Assembly (NCBI RefSeq): GCF_009834535.1
Contig: NC_045697.1
Coordinates: forward strand, 6,016,001-6,080,000
Direction: 5' to 3'
DNA length: 64,000 bases
From: Camelus ferus
Taxonomy: Eukaryota
Shown here: piece after piece, positions 1-13,735 of the stretch
Numbering within the stretch: the first letter of the stretch is position 1
Layout: each line of letters begins with the position of its first letter
Notes under the pieces: generated by a model
The model's database searches: none
What the model was told of the DNA's origin: nothing
Seen by the model: the letters and a program-made list of their open reading frames with translations, nothing else
Made by a program: the position numbers and the translations under genes

Positions 1-103
1 GGGTGGTGGCCCCTGCTGCTCTTTTATGCTTCAGGCATGTCCGCGGGGGCGGGGACACCGTCTGTCTCGCTCTCTGTTATCTCCAATCCTGGCCCAGAGC
101 CTG

Positions 104-885
104 GCAAGGGAACTACAATAAGAATACACATTTGGTCTCTCTCCCTGGTTCCTGGCAGAGGGCATGGAGCACCTCAAACCCTTGGAAGTTCCTGAGTGAT
201 AGGAGCGTCTCCTTGTTCCTACGGAGCCCCTAACACCACGCCAGAGTTTATGCTGAGAAGGTGACTCACGTGGCCCTTAGACAGTTTCCAAGGAGAAGCT
301 GGCCTTGCTGACAAGGCTGGAGATTTCAGCTCAACCCTCCTACCTCCACAGAGGCAGAGTTCAGTCCGCTCTGGCCAGCGGCTGAGTCGATCATGCCTGT
401 GTGATGAAACCTCCGCAGAAGTTCCTACATGGAGTCGGGGTGCTTGCAGGCTGGTGAGCACTGCTAGGGGCTGGGAAGGTGGGGGCCCGGGACGGGGCCC
501 GGAAGCGCCACACTCACTCCCAGTACCTCGCCCTGGGCGTCTCTCCCATTTCCTGAGTTGTGTCCTTTATATAAGCTGTAGTCGTAGGTAGAGCATGTTC
601 CAGAGTTCTGGGAGGCATTCTAGCAAAGCACTGAACCCGAGGGGGCGGGTCTTGGGAAGCCCTGCGCTGCAGTCAGTCAGGAGGAGATGCGGTCACCCGG
701 GGACCCCGGCTGCAGCTGGCGTGCGAAGCCGGGGAGTCCTGCGGGACTGAGCCCTGGTCTTGAGGGTCTGTGCTCGCTCTGGGCAGATAGCGTGAGGACT
801 GAATCGAATGGCTGGACGCCCAGCTGGTGTGAGAGACGTGGAGAATTGGTGTGGGGAAAAATGACACAGAAAACACCACACGTCA
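104..885 (+). mobile_element. MER21-like LTR
   Basis: Characteristic 5' 'catttggtctct...cctggttcctggcagag...aaacccttggaagttcctgagtgatagg' and 3' 'agaattggtgtggggaaaa' segments. Ends approximate. Confidence 0.7.
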
Positions 886-2246
886 CACCGTAGGGACTTG
901 CTGAGTGAGTGTCGAATAAATACGTGAGAAATACAATCACTTCCTGAGTGCTAGCCAGTTGCCAGGCTCTGTGTCTGGTGCCTGGAGCACAGAAGGGATG
1001 GAGACGAGGTCCCTGCTTTTGCAACACCCCCGATGTTAGATGGGACTGAGCAGCCACGGCCTCTGCAGTACGGGGTGAAGAGAATGAGACCAGCAGCAAA
1101 TCTCGGGGCGGAGGGAGCACGGAGGAGGGGCTGTCTGGTTCTAAGAAAGGTTCAAGGGTCAGTGTGCGCTGACTTTTTAAAGCTGAGAAGCCATTCCTCA
1201 AATGGATAAGGTGGGGGAACAGATGTGCAAAGGCTGGACTTCTGCAAGCATGGGTGGCCAGTGGGGCAGCTGCAGGCACCTCCGTGTGGCCGGGAAGCAG
1301 GGAGAATGTGTGGTGTGGGGAGAGGGTCAGGGTGGGCAAGAGGGGCAGGCGGGGCAGAGATCCTGATGGTCCCCGCAGAGGTCAGTACATGTGGGCAGTC
1401 TTTCCAGATAAGTCCATGTGACAGATAGAGGTGTCCCGTTCTGCTCCCTGGGCACTTGGCATCTCCTCCCTCAGTACTGCGCGAGCCCCTGGAGCGTTCA
1501 GATCCCAGTGTGCACCTTCATAAGAGCTGAGATCAAACTCCACCCTGTTGCGTGGACCAGGGTGCGTCCGTCCTTCCCAGCCACTCGTAAACTGCGCTTA
1601 CAGGGCTTAACTTCGTGCCGGGCACAGAGTCAGCCGTCATAAGCTTTTTCAGACTGTAACTGACAGGCTTCGGGACAATCTCCTTTCCCTTGAAGTTAAG
1701 TTCTTTCATCTGCCTCATTCATTAGGCTTCTCCGCCACTGCCTGGGGGTTATGCCCACGAATAAAATATGTGGCAGGAAACTGCCTTTCTGGTTTTCTTT
1801 CTTTGCCTTCACCTAATTCCAGCTCCCTGTCAAGTCTCCTTGAGTTGATCTGCTCGCCACAGAAGCTGCCTCAGGCTAACTTAAAGCTTCTCTCCTGGGA
1901 GGTTGAGCCTTTTCATTCAATCCTGGAGGGGCGGCCCCCACCAGGAAACCCTCGGCCATTTATCTCCTAGTGTCTCCCAGCCAGTCTCCTAGGGTGGCTC
2001 CTCTTGGGATCTGCTCCTTCCTGTCCACTTAGGAAGATGCAAGGTGCTCTCACAACCCAAATGGCAGCTCCCCTCGGACAGGTCATTGTCCTGGGGGCTT
2101 AAGCTGTGTGCCGTCAGTGTGAGTCCAAGCGAAGCTTCTAAGCCCTGGTTGATCTCATGGCCACAGTAGCTGGAGGGGGCGGGGCCCAGCTGCGGGGTGA
2201 ACACAGGGGGTCTGGGGAGCAGAGGGTAAGGACGGACAGCTGATTT

Positions 2247-2872
2247 TGTTAGAGCAGGCAGACAGCTAGATATAAGCAAAGAAAGGAGGACAAAGGCCAA
2301 ATGGCAGGAACTGGGTAGAAAGGAGGGGCACGGGCTTAATGCAGGAAACCCTTTATCATGTAAAAACAGGGGTCGCTGGGCAGAGAAAGAAAAGCAGGAA
2401 CCTCTGGGCTGATAAGTGGTCACACATTTTGGAGTGACAAGTGCCCTGGAGGCCGACAAAGAAAGGTGGAAAGGGCAAGAATCTCCAGTGTCCGAAGTAA
2501 CCTTTTGCTCATTATGCCCTCATTTCAATAAAATTAGCCTTGCAGATTGGAAGTACCCATCATGCACCGACACCAAGACACTTCAGATCCAGACTAAATA
2601 ACAAACCCCTTCGGGAAGGTGGAGTTAGGATGAAAATCAGGGAATATGACCCCAGACCCTTTCCTCCCCAATGACTATCCCACCCATTCATTTTCACACC
2701 CTAAGTAACCAACTTGCCAAAGAAACTCAGGGCAGATGCTCACCTGAATCCACCCGGTCTCTCCTTGAGAGTGTACTGTCTACCCTTTAATAAATCTTCA
2801 CTTTACTTTAACCTCCTCTTCTCATCTCTGAATTCTTTCTGCAGCAAGACAAGAACCGAGTCCACGGCAATA
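2247..2872 (+). mobile_element. ERV1-type solo LTR
   Basis: Starts TGTTAG, ends GGCAATA (decayed CA), AATAAA near 2788, 4-bp flanks attt/atct. Confidence 0.75.
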
Positions 2873-3779
2873 ATCTGAGCCTGGGGGCCAGGTGGACCTC
2901 CCTTGGGGACCCTCTCAGACACTGATGGAGAGCTGGGTCTGAAGTGCCAGGCACTCAGCACACAGCGTGGTTATGAGACAGCAGCGCTTGCAAACACCGG
3001 GAGGGAAACAAGATCATCACGAGGAGAGTGAGGGTTTGAGGAAAAGCACAGAAGGCAGAGCTTTGTGGTTTTGGTCAGGGAAGCACTTCTGGTGGGTTTG
3101 TGGATGAGCCCAATTTGCATTCTTTGTGTAACTGGTTTGTACCCTCCCATCCGCTTCCCAGATCCACTCTTCTCACTGCAAATCTGCCCCGTGAAGTTCA
3201 TGCTTAAGATTTCCCCCAGCAGACCTCTCTGGAGCTCAGGATAAAATCGCGAATCTTAGTGTGATGCCCCAGGCTCCCTGGACTGGCTCCAGACTCGTCC
3301 TCTGTGCCGTGTCCCACCCGAGCTCGCCGGCGCCACCCCAGAGGTGCCATTGAGCTGGCGTCTGCTGAGGCCTGAATCAGCGTTCACTGTCAGTCTCTAA
3401 GCCACCCGGGGGATTGTAAAGTGTTCAGCCAAGGCTGAAAAACAAGGCTCTAGCCCAGGGATTTCCAAATTTGGCTGCAGGGCTGGAATCACGCGTGAGT
3501 GTTAGAAACTGTGGGACCAGGTCCCACCCCGAGACCAGGGTTTGGTTGGCTGTGGAGGCAGCCCGGGCATTCGGACTTTTAGAAGCTCCCCAGGTGATTC
3601 AGCACTGTTTGGGGACCACTGCTCTGGTCCAGCTGGGTCACTGGTGTTTCCTTTGCCATTAACTTCCTTTTACATTCTGGCATTTTTGCTGGCTGGTCCT
3701 GCTGTGTGGAAATTCATCTTTCTTTCCCTCTTAAACTAGCTCACTCTCCTTCTTCCAAATGTCAGAATGGAGGGACTCT

Positions 3780-3970
3780 AGAGAGGGTGGCGAACTTTTT
3801 CTGAAAAAGCTCAGAAAGGAAATAGATCAGGGTTATTTTTGGCCACCACGTCTGGTCTCTGTCACACATTCTTCCTGTTTTCCTTTTAAATTGTAAAAGC
3901 CATTCGTTGCTCGTGGGTCATACATGAAAGGCCATGGGCCAGAATTGGCTTACAGGCCCTAGTTTGCTGA
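3780..3970. mobile_element. MER58-like hAT DNA transposon
   Basis: 'ggtggcgaactttttctgaaaaag...ggccagaattggcttacaggccctagtttgctga' resembles MER58 termini. Confidence 0.55.
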
Positions 3971-6900
3971 TGTTGAACTTTTTGTCAGCTAGTGAGTTCC
4001 CCATCAATGGAAGCAATCAAGTCATGGTTGGAGGACTTCCTGGCAGGGAAATCTTCAATGAGACTTAAGTGTCCAATGAATAACTGGACTGAAAACCTTT
4101 CTGTTCTTTTATGAACTTGGGATGTCTTAGTTCTAATTCGTCCCAGCTCCCGGGCATAATTCCTCATCTGCCAAAGGGTCTCGGATGTCCCCCACCAGCT
4201 TTGAAATTGTTCCCATGTGCTGCTCTGCCCCAGTTCATTGTGAAGCTCCGTGCGTGTCAGCTCAGCCTTTGCGTCAATACCGAGTGCTATGATTTAGAAA
4301 GTATCTGAGTTTAAGAGACGAAGAAGGACCCATCCTGACCTCGGTGTGCAGATAGTATCTGAAGCAGGAACAGCTGGAAACCATGAAAATCAAACTGCTC
4401 TAAATTGACCTTCAGCCCTGGAGATCTGACAACTAGACACGAATGGCAGAATTCTACCTTTCTGTGTAGACACACACAGGACTGATTCACATCGACCCAG
4501 AGTAGACGCAGCCTAAGCAGATAAAGACAGAAGCTTCCCCTCTTAACCCCAATTCTCTGTGTCGGCCCTGCAGGTCAATTCAAAAGGGGCTAATTGCACC
4601 ACCTTTTAGCAAACAGCCGATGAGTTTTGACCACGTGCACAGATCAGAGTGAAGACGGCAGGCTAAGATGGTGTAGGTTCAAATCCAGCCCTTGCCTCTT
4701 AGCTGCAGTGATTTGGGGAAAATTACTTAATGTGTTCTTTGGGTTTTTTCATTTATAAAATGGGAATAAAATTAGTTTGGGAAGGAAAGCTATCACAGCT
4801 TACCTATAATGCATCTTTTATCACCTGGGATAGGGAGGGAGGAAAAAAAAATAACCCAGTCCATTCTGTTCGTAAGCTTGCTAAACCATCCTTGTAATGG
4901 TATTTTCTGGCAGAAAGATAAGAGAGAGTCCTTATGTGCAAAATGCTTCTTAGTAGGCTATCCCTGGTCTATTTAGAATGGAATGTGTAGCTACGGGGAC
5001 AGTCCACTGGAAAATGCCAGTGTCAGCTGTGTAATTATCCAAGTATGAAATGAAGATGCTTTATGAGTAAAATAGTTCCTGTGTATAAGTGTATTCCCTG
5101 CATGTTTTATTTAGAGGCCTTATAAGTTTAACCTGGACCGGAAGGCCCTCTAACGTGCAGGGAAGAATCTGGGGAGTTGCACTGATGGTTTTAGACTTCA
5201 CCTGTGCTTTATCATGAGTGGTGTCCTGAGAATTATCAGTAAAGTTTGATTCCGAAAACGTGTCTGCTTATTGTGATTTTATTTTGACAACTGGACTCTG
5301 GGGTGTGTTCATGTAGTTATTTTTACAAGAATTAAAGCACTTGGAACACGACCTGGTACATAGGAAGTGCTCAATAACTGTTATTATCAGAAACTGGTGT
5401 GAAGACTAGATCAGGGGCCAGGGGGAATGTGTTGAAAAAATTCAGAGCTGTGCATGGATGTGAATTCTCATCCTCTGCAATGGGTAAAAAAGCACAGGGT
5501 TTTAAAGAATCTGGGTTCAAATCTTGACTCCAACACTTACCAGCAGTTTTATGTTGGGGACTTTGTAACCTCTCTGGCCTTCAGTTTCCTCATTTGTCAA
5601 TGAGGGTGGTTAATTCTAGTTTCAAGACTAATGTGCAGAGTAGGGGTGATGTGTAAGGCACCCAGCACGGGCACAACCAAGAAAGGTTAATGCCCGAACG
5701 CCATTACTGGTGTGGCAAGGGCAGGGCAAAGGGCAGGATGGGGCCAGAGAGGACCCTAGTCACTGCCTCTGGGTTTAATCAAATCACTTGTGGTAACCTG
5801 CCCTGCCTCCCTCTTAGAACAGCCCAGCAGTGACAGCGCCTGTCCTGGGCCCTTCTGAGCTCTCTGGTCATTATGAGCACCCACAAGTCCTTCTAGGTCT
5901 CAGGCCAGAACTGGCACTTTGGGGGAACTGGTGTTTCAGGTACAGGCCATGCTCACAGCAGAGATTCCTGGCTGCCCGAATTATCTGTGATGCACCTTTC
6001 ACAGCACAAAGCTCTTGCTGGTGAGCAGCTGCTCAGCAGGGCCTCCATTTCCCAGCCCCTATGCCTCTAAGTCTGGCCCTGTGACTTGTCCTCACCACTG
6101 GAATATGAATGGAAGAGATGGGGTTACTCTGGGTCAAGGCTCTTAAGAAGCTTCCTCCATGTGCATTTCCCTCTCCTGCCTACTGGATGCAATGGACAGT
6201 GCATCCCCAGGACTGGTAGAGCCACAGCACCGACGGAGCCTGGGTCCAAGCCACCCACCTAAAAGGGACACTGGCTGTGGATGGTTACACGGATGAGGAG
6301 GTGAGTTTTACTGTGGGAGCTGTGGCCATTGGGGACCTATTTGTTAGGCAGCTAGCATTATGCTGACCAATACACCGATGTTAACATGACTCAGAATTCC
6401 GACCCGATCCGTCAGGCAGTTGAAGTGCACTGCTCAAGAATGCATTATTAAGGATCATTTTGCTAAGTCAGTGACCTCAGGACCGTTTTTTAAGTTAGTA
6501 AGGCTGGGTTAAAAGCAATGAGACCATTCTTTTTGTCTGCGGTTAAGGTGTTGTTGGGCCCTATAGCAGGTGTGCCGTCTATTTGTTGCAGAGATGAGAA
6601 AGTGATTGGACGTTTCCAACAACAGTACATACTCTTCAGTTCGGACTTCGAGATTTAAAAATCTAGTTCTATTTTATCTTTGCCTCCACCTCCAGTTTAG
6701 CACAGAGCAGGTGCTCAATAAATGCTTGTGTAATTGATTTGAATAGAATTAAACCTACGTCTGTTCTTTCTCTAATAAAGAATTTTGGTATCAGCTTAGC
6801 TAATCCTTTTAGTACATGCAGTTGGCTAATGCCTCCTCCATATTTCCACTGACATCATGAAACCCAGCTGCCTCTTCCTAAGGAACTTCAGGGATATGGC

Positions 6901-7124
6901 AGAACTGGGGGCCTGTGGCCTCCACCAGCTAGAAAGCCACTGTCACACCTGCTCCCAAAGCCTGCATCCCTCCTTCCTGGCTCCTTACTCACTTCTGTCA
7001 CCCATCCCTTAACGTGTCTGGAATACTTGCTAGGTTCTCAGGGGAAGATAAGGAACCACATACAAGGTCCTTTCGTGGGGCTTATATTCTAGTCAGGGGG
7101 AGACACATGAAACCCGGCCTCCGC

Positions 7125-7325
7125 GGACCACCACCCACAGGCCACATCTGGCCCTCCACCTGCTCATGTAGGTAAAGTTTTATTGGGACACAGCCATGTA
7201 CCCTTCCTCTGCACTGCCTGGGGCTGCACTTGCACTGCAGAGCTGCATCGTTGCGACTGAGGCTGCGTGGCCTGTAAAATATTTACTATTGTGCCCTTTA
7301 CAGAAAACAGTCTGTCAATCCCTGT
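7125..7325. mobile_element. MER58-like hAT DNA transposon
   Basis: 'ggccacatctggcc...taaagttttattgggacacagccat...aaaatatttacta...ccctttacagaaaa' motif series. Confidence 0.65.
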
Positions 7326-7802
7326 GTTAAACAAATGAGCAGACCGTGAGCTGACGAGGCCAGGAAAGATGCTGGGAAGGAAGTGAACCGGGATGATGTG
7401 ATGGAGAGTATGCGTGCATGTAGGGCATGTGGGTGCACGGGTGTGGTGTGCATACCTGTGTGTCTGTGAGTGTTTGTGTCCAGTGGTGTGTGTGTGCCCG
7501 TGTATCTCACTGGGCAGGTGTCATCTCAGCCTAGAAGCCCTGTGAGCACAGAGACTGCCCCTCTGGGTCTGCACCCCAGTGTCCCCAGGCCTCGCCCAGA
7601 GCCACTGGCCGCCCAGCTCCAGGGGCACCGCTGTGAATGCTGCCCATGGTGGGGGGACACGTGGAGGCTGCGTGGGGCTGAACACCTCCCCTCCTTGAAC
7701 CTCCTTCACCTGCAACGTGTGCTCCTCACTCATCCTCCTGTTAATTAGCCACCCCGCCTGGAAGGTGCCTTCCCCTTCCTCCAGCCGTCTCATCATGGCA
7801 GC

Positions 7803-7805
<3 letters not shown>

Positions 7806-7833
<28 letters not shown>
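7806..7833. repeat. (TG)n microsatellite
   Basis: Direct observation. Confidence 0.95.
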
Positions 7834-7840
<7 letters not shown>

Positions 7841-8913
7841 TGTGCATGCGCGCACACGTGTGAGTGCCTGGTGCCTCCCCCCAGTCATTCTACAGCCCAT
7901 TCCACCATCTCATTATAACATTCTGTGGTCCCAGGTAGGGATGGGACATGAAACACGGTGGCCCCTGAAAATCAGCAGCACAAAAGGAGAGAGAGAAATT
8001 CAGCTCCATTTGTTCTCATAGAAACTTAGTGTTGTTTTCATCAACATAGGAACCAGGGCAGAGACGCAGCGCGGCAGCCCCTCCCGGAGAGGTCTGTACA
8101 ACAGACCTCCCTGAACCACCTTCCTGGTCCCACCCTGGCCTGTGATGGGCCCCGGTGGGATCCAGACCCAGAGCCAGGGGAGGGCAGGGCCCTCGGTCCC
8201 ACCCACCCTGGCCATTTGACAGATGAGGAGACTGAGGCCCCAGGAGAGGAGAGGATGTTCCTACTAGGAAAGCGGCAGAGCTGGGACTGAAGATGGGTCC
8301 CTGGGTAAACTGAGGCTCTGAAGACTTCACATCTACACAGGTGTAAGTGGGTGATGAGGGACCTGGGAGTCGACAAGTCCATCACTCCTTGCTCTGTGCA
8401 AGGAGGTGCCCATCTCTGCCTCTTCCTGAGCTACCAGGAGCCCTAAAGTAGTGAGCACACATCAAGTGCTTGGCACACACCAGGACGCGTGTACACACGT
8501 GTACACACAAGTACAGCACACAGGCAATGACCACTGCGTCTCGGACATCGTCATCGTCTCATCCCTGTATCTTCCACACTAAGCTGGAGCTTCTCTGTGG
8601 GCACAGACTGTAACCGAGTAGCTTTGATTCACCCCAAACCAGTGTATCCGGCTCACAGCTCTCGCAGCGGCTCCCAGCTGCTGGGCTGTCGTACGCTATT
8701 GTCTATGCATCTTTGGGGAGCCCGTTACCCATCCATCGGTGGGATGGAAATGAAGGCAGTCGCTGCATTTAAACAGGTGGACTCTCTTCCCCCTCCATCC
8801 TCAGTGGCCCTCGCCCCTCCCTGGACCCCAAGGAGTCATCTGTACTGAGACACCCCACCCTGGTGGCGCCGTGAGTCCCTGGGCCAGCCAGTGAGGAAGG
8901 AGGGACGCCTTAC

Positions 8914-8989
8914 CTGGCCTGCTGCAGAAGGAGGCGATGATGGCCAGAATGCACATGATACTCAGGTAGTGGATCTAGGGAGCTTGGTC
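8914..8989 (-). pseudogene. SLC2A9: SLC2A9 exon (human exon 10 equivalent), 76 nt, premature stop
   Basis: ctctcgcag|GAC CAA GCT CCC TAG ATC CAC TAC...AGG CCA G|gtaagg; encodes [25 protein letters not shown]. Recalled human: [26 protein letters not shown]. Confidence 0.92.
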
Positions 8990-9845
8990 CTGCGAGAGAG
9001 CAGCCGTTGGGCAGGGAAGGAGCTCCTCCTCGATCCAGCTGTGTGACCTGGGGCAGGTCACTTTCTATCTCTGAGCCCCAGTTTCAGCGTCTGTAAAATT
9101 GGGACAAGGATGACCCCTAAGCTATCCCATCGCCGATTTTACAGATGAGGGAGTGAAATGGGATGTTGCCTTTGAAGAGGTTAGCACAGTCCTGGCACAC
9201 AGTAGGTGGTCAATAAATGAATAACTAACATGTATTGAGGGCTTAGATGGAAGCAGGCAATATGAGACATTTTTACAGGCATTATCACATTTCAAAAATG
9301 CTCTTAGTCAATCCCTATTATTATGTAAAACACTGTATTTCTACACCTGCTGTCCTGACGAGGTGTAAGATGACTTAACTCCTGTCATTAAATGTGCCTG
9401 GAGGGGCTGTCACTTGTCTAGCACGTGGGGGTGGCTTCACGCTGGGTGTGGAAGGACGTTTAGGAAATTGCCGCCGCTCTAGCAGACCGGATGGTTGATG
9501 AGAACATGGTGTCACTGGCGCTGGGACATGATGAGTGTGGGAACAGGTGCTGGGGCACCTGAGCCCAGTCTGGAGAGACTCAGGGTGGGAGGAGTCTGTG
9601 CTCACCTCGAAGGCTGAGCTGAAGTCAGCCGGGGGAAAAGGAAAGGAAAGGAGTTCCCGGAGAGGGTTCTGCGTGGGCAAGGGCATGGAGGCACAAGAGA
9701 GACAGGCAGGGGTGAGCGGCAAATGTCCAGAACAGAGGGCGGGGGGAGAGGGAGGCCCCTCCGTGCCAAGTCCTCCAGCTCCTGCTGCAGGGGGGTCTAG
9801 GGTTGGGAGGAGCCTTGCAAGCTCTTGTATGGCTCTCTGCTAGGT

Positions 9846-9948
9846 CATTCATCCACCTATCCATCCACCCATCCACCCATCCGTTGGTCAATCCATCCAT
9901 CCATCCATCCACCCACACATCCATCCATCCACCCATCCAGCCATCCAT
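9846..9948. repeat. Imperfect (CATC)n tetranucleotide repeat
   Basis: Direct observation; lies in the intron between exons 9 and 10. Confidence 0.92.
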
Positions 9949-10376
9949 TTGCAGATCGTTCCAAGTTCCTCCTGGGCACCATGCACTGGGCTGGGAGGTG
10001 GGAATGTGGAAATGATAGAGGCGTGGTCCTCACCCCCACAACTCACTGTCCATCGGGAGAGAGAGATGTGTCAACAGTGAAAGCCACTGCTATGTGATGA
10101 GGTTGCAGAATTGCCTCTGGGGTCCCTGGGAACACAGAGGAGGGTGTCTCCCTCAGATGTGGGGTGAGGGAAGCCTTCCTGGAGGAGGAGGTATCCAAGA
10201 GGCAGAAGGGCTTCCTGAGTCAGAAAAGCAAGAGAAGCCAGTTGAGGAGGGAGCCCTGGGAGGAGGAAGGGGCCAGGCTCTTTGGGGGACTCCCCAGGCC
10301 AAAGGCCTAAAAGCACTGGGGCTGAAGCCAGGCCCACACAGACCTCGCTTGGGGAGTGACAGACACGTGTCCTCAC

Positions 10377-10475
10377 CTGCAGCGTCAGTGTGATGGTGAG
10401 GATCCCAAAGAGCGTCATCAGCCCAAAGCCGCCAATGAGGAGGGGTCTCCGTCCCACGTGCTCGATGGCCAAGCC
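10377..10475 (-). pseudogene. SLC2A9: SLC2A9 exon (human exon 9 equivalent), 99 nt, one codon short
   Basis: gacctag|GGC TTG GCC ATC GAG...CTG CAG|gtgagg; encodes [33 protein letters not shown] with the GLUT-family GRR motif. Recalled human has LFFG (34 codons). Confidence 0.93.
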
Positions 10476-12869
10476 CTAGGTCAGGGTCAGAGAGAGACAG
10501 TTATGACTCCACTTTTGGCAGCAAGCGAAGGGGACCATGGTGCTGGGAACCACACTGGGGTCATGGCTAAAGGGCTCTCAGCTGGAGACTCTTGGCCACT
10601 TCCTCCGCTGCCACAACCAGGAGGAAACATCTCTTTGAGAAAGGAGGAAAGGCAGGGAGGATAAAGTGACAGATCATGGGCACTGGCTGTGTCCACACAC
10701 TCACATTTCCCCTAATCTTCCTCATTGGGGACGGTGGGCTTATCTGCTGGGAGTCTGGAAAAGCTACAGAACGTATGTGGTTCCCAGCCCTTCCCCCACC
10801 TTTGGCTCCAGTGGGCGGGAGGCAAGCATTCTCCATCCCTCCGTGTCATGTCGTGTCGTGGGTGCTCTAGGGGCAACTCCCAGGGCAGAGGTCCAGGGGT
10901 GGGAGTGGGCAGAGAAGGCTCCGCTGTTTTTCACTCTGCCTGTGCCCGGGCAGGTCAGCTTCATTCTGGAGTGTGAGATCCGTAACCCGAGGTGACTGCA
11001 GCCCCTGAAACCATGTCCCCAACCCAGCTTCCCGCAGCTGTAGGGCTGTCACCAGCCTCCGTCCAGCTGTCCCTGTGTTTCCATCTCAGGCGGGTAAGCA
11101 CAGACTCTTCACTGAGCTCCTTCAAATGCCAACGGCCCAAAAACATCCTGATGGAAGTTTCAGAGACAGGCAGCCTGGGGCTCATATCCTGGGTCTGCCG
11201 CTTTCCAGCTGTGTGGACTCCGGTGCACGACTCCCCCTCCCAGAGCTCCAGGGCCTTTATCTGTGACAGAAGGACCAAGTACCCTCCAACAAGGCTGTCT
11301 GCAGGGTGGGGAGGGTTAATAAGAGGCTGTGTTCAAAACACAAATAAATCTTCTGATTATGTCCAGTGCCATCCTCTCCTCTTTCCTCCTGCTGCAATTT
11401 CACAGAAAGAGGACGCTGAGGATCAGAGGGATGAAGTAACTCAGGGACCATCACACGACCATCAAGAGGTCCATCAATAAGTGAATTGCTTAAATAAACA
11501 CTGGAATATCCAGATGATAATTACGTAGGAATTCATATTTTTAAAAGAACTTAAAATAATATAGAAAAATCCTCAGGATATGATTTTAAGTGAAAAGAGC
11601 TGGGCATAAAGGTATACCAACTTATGTACAGTTCTATAAATTACAGTTATGTGAAACTAACACACTCTAGAAAAATATAAACAAAAATAGTTTATAACGG
11701 CTACCTCCGCTTGGGGGATAACATTGGCTTCTTAGTTCACTTGTTATTTTTCAGTCTTTTCCAAATCTTTTATACAACATTTTTGCTTAAAAAAAAAAAG
11801 ACTAGCTAAAACTTGGAGATGCAAATCCCTAGCTCCTGAGTCACAAATCTTTACTTTTTCCTGGTCTTCAATGATTTTCAATACTCACACTGGCAAATTT
11901 TCATCACTGCATAGAATGTGTTTTTGCTACAATTAAGGATGTCAGAGCCATTCTTATGGTTAAAGGTCTAAGAGTCTAAAGTTACACTGGCACTGGAGGC
12001 CATGGCCACTCATAACTGGACCGTGTGGGGGCTTCACCTCATAAGCATCTTGGGGGCTTTGGCTAGTGTCCCCAGTGACAGGGCACTAAAATGACTGGAG
12101 AAATTACCAAGACAACTGCACCAGCCATCGGGAGACACTGAGCACCGAGGCTGTTACACTGAGATTGACATGTGCTGCACTGTCACATTGAACTTGTTAC
12201 TGACTTCAGTGTTTTTAGTATTTTTCATTGTTTCGGGGTTTTTTTGTTTGTTTGTTTTAGTTTCTTCAAAGGCACCACCATCAATTTCAGAGTCAGAAAG
12301 TGTACCCCAAACACAAACCAGTTGATAATCACTGTCTCACACCATGATGCCAGCATTTGAGTACTTGGTTGGGGGCAGGAATTTGGCCGTTTCGTGTCAC
12401 TGAAGCCTCTGCGTGAACCAGTAATGTGAGCCAAAGTAAAGCTGGAAATATTGTCCTTGATTTGGAAACACTCTGTAAATGTGGTCTAGGAAGACGCCAA
12501 GGAAATGGCTGTGAAAGAGGAAGAAGAGATGGAAACAACCCTCTCCATCCTAGTGGATGGAAGGTCAAGTTTGCAGGGCTCCTTTCTTCCCCCTTTAAAT
12601 AGCACTGAAGCGCAGTCCATCGAAAGGCATTACAGTAAACATGGTATTTCCACTCAACATTGAAATCATTAGAGAAGACATTAACTCAACGTCAACAGCA
12701 GCCTCTGAAGGTTACTGGCGTTAGCTGGGGATGACCTGTTTGTCTCCTGATGCTCCCAAGAAAGTCCCTCTGGGGACTCCTGAGCCAGGGTCATTCAGCA
12801 GCCATGTACATGCACCTTCTGCCCACCCCACAGTGCTAGGACCAAATGTGGAATAATAATGGTATTTTA

Positions 12870-13275
12870 AAATCAACTTCATTGATGGATATGTAGTTAG
12901 ATTCAGTAAAAATGTACCCATTTTAATCATCGTACAGTTTGGTATGTTTTGACAGATTTATACACCCATAAAACCCTGGCCACATCAAAATACAGAACAT
13001 TTCTGTCATTTCAAAGTTCCTTTGTGTGCCCTCCCCTGGCCCCAGGCAACCACTAATATGCTTTTCATCAGTCTAGATTAGTCTAGATTAGTCTAGATCA
13101 GATGAGAGTTCCACACTGGTTATTGAAATGCTTTTGAGATTCATCCGTGTTGTATATGTATCAATAGTTGATTCCTTTTTAGTGCTCAGTAGTATTTCAT
13201 TGACTGGATATACCACATTTATTTCTCCACTCATCGGTTGATGGAGACTTGGGCTTTTTCCAGTTTGGGCTCTTA
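12870..13275 (-). mobile_element. Old L1 (L1M) 3' UTR fragment
   Basis: 'gcttttgagattcatccgtgttg...ggatataccacatttatt...tttccagtttgggct' are typical antisense L1M 3' motifs. Confidence 0.7.
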
Positions 13276-13288
13276 TGCCCTTGGGGAA

Positions 13289-13735
13289 TGTTATGAGTCG
13301 AAATGTGTCCTCTCCAAAAAAGACAGGTTGAAGTCCTAATCCCTGGTACATCAAAATGTGACTTTATTTGGAAATAGGATCTTTACAGAAGTAATCAAGT
13401 TGAAATGAGGTCACTAGGGTAGGCCCTAATCCAGGATGACTGGTATCCTTATAAAGAGGGGGAAATGCGGACACAGACACGCACACAGGGAGAACACCAT
13501 GTGAACATGAAGGCAGAGGTCAGGTGATGCTTCTACAAGGAATGCCAAGGATTGTCAGCAAATCTCCAGGTGCTAGGGCAGAAGCCTAGAACAGAGTCTT
13601 CCTCAGCCTCAGAAGGAATCTACCCTCCAACACCTGGTTTCCAGCTTCTGACCTCCAGAATGCAAGACGATAAATTTCTGTGTTGAAGCTGCTCGTTTGT
13701 GATACTTTGTTATGCACCGCTAGCAAACCAATACA
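13289..13735 (+). mobile_element. MaLR MLT1 (MLT1B/C-like) solo LTR
   Basis: TG...CA ends; 'gtgactttatttggaaataggatctttacaga', 'ccagcttctgacctccagaa', 'gcaaaccaataca'. Confidence 0.85.

Noticed and set aside
677..1339. 220-aa minus-strand ORF
   Set aside because: Overlaps a MER21-like LTR and GC-rich intron; no recognisable domain.
9625..10097. ORFs with WMDG/HPSI repeats
   Set aside because: Translations of the (CATC)n simple repeat.
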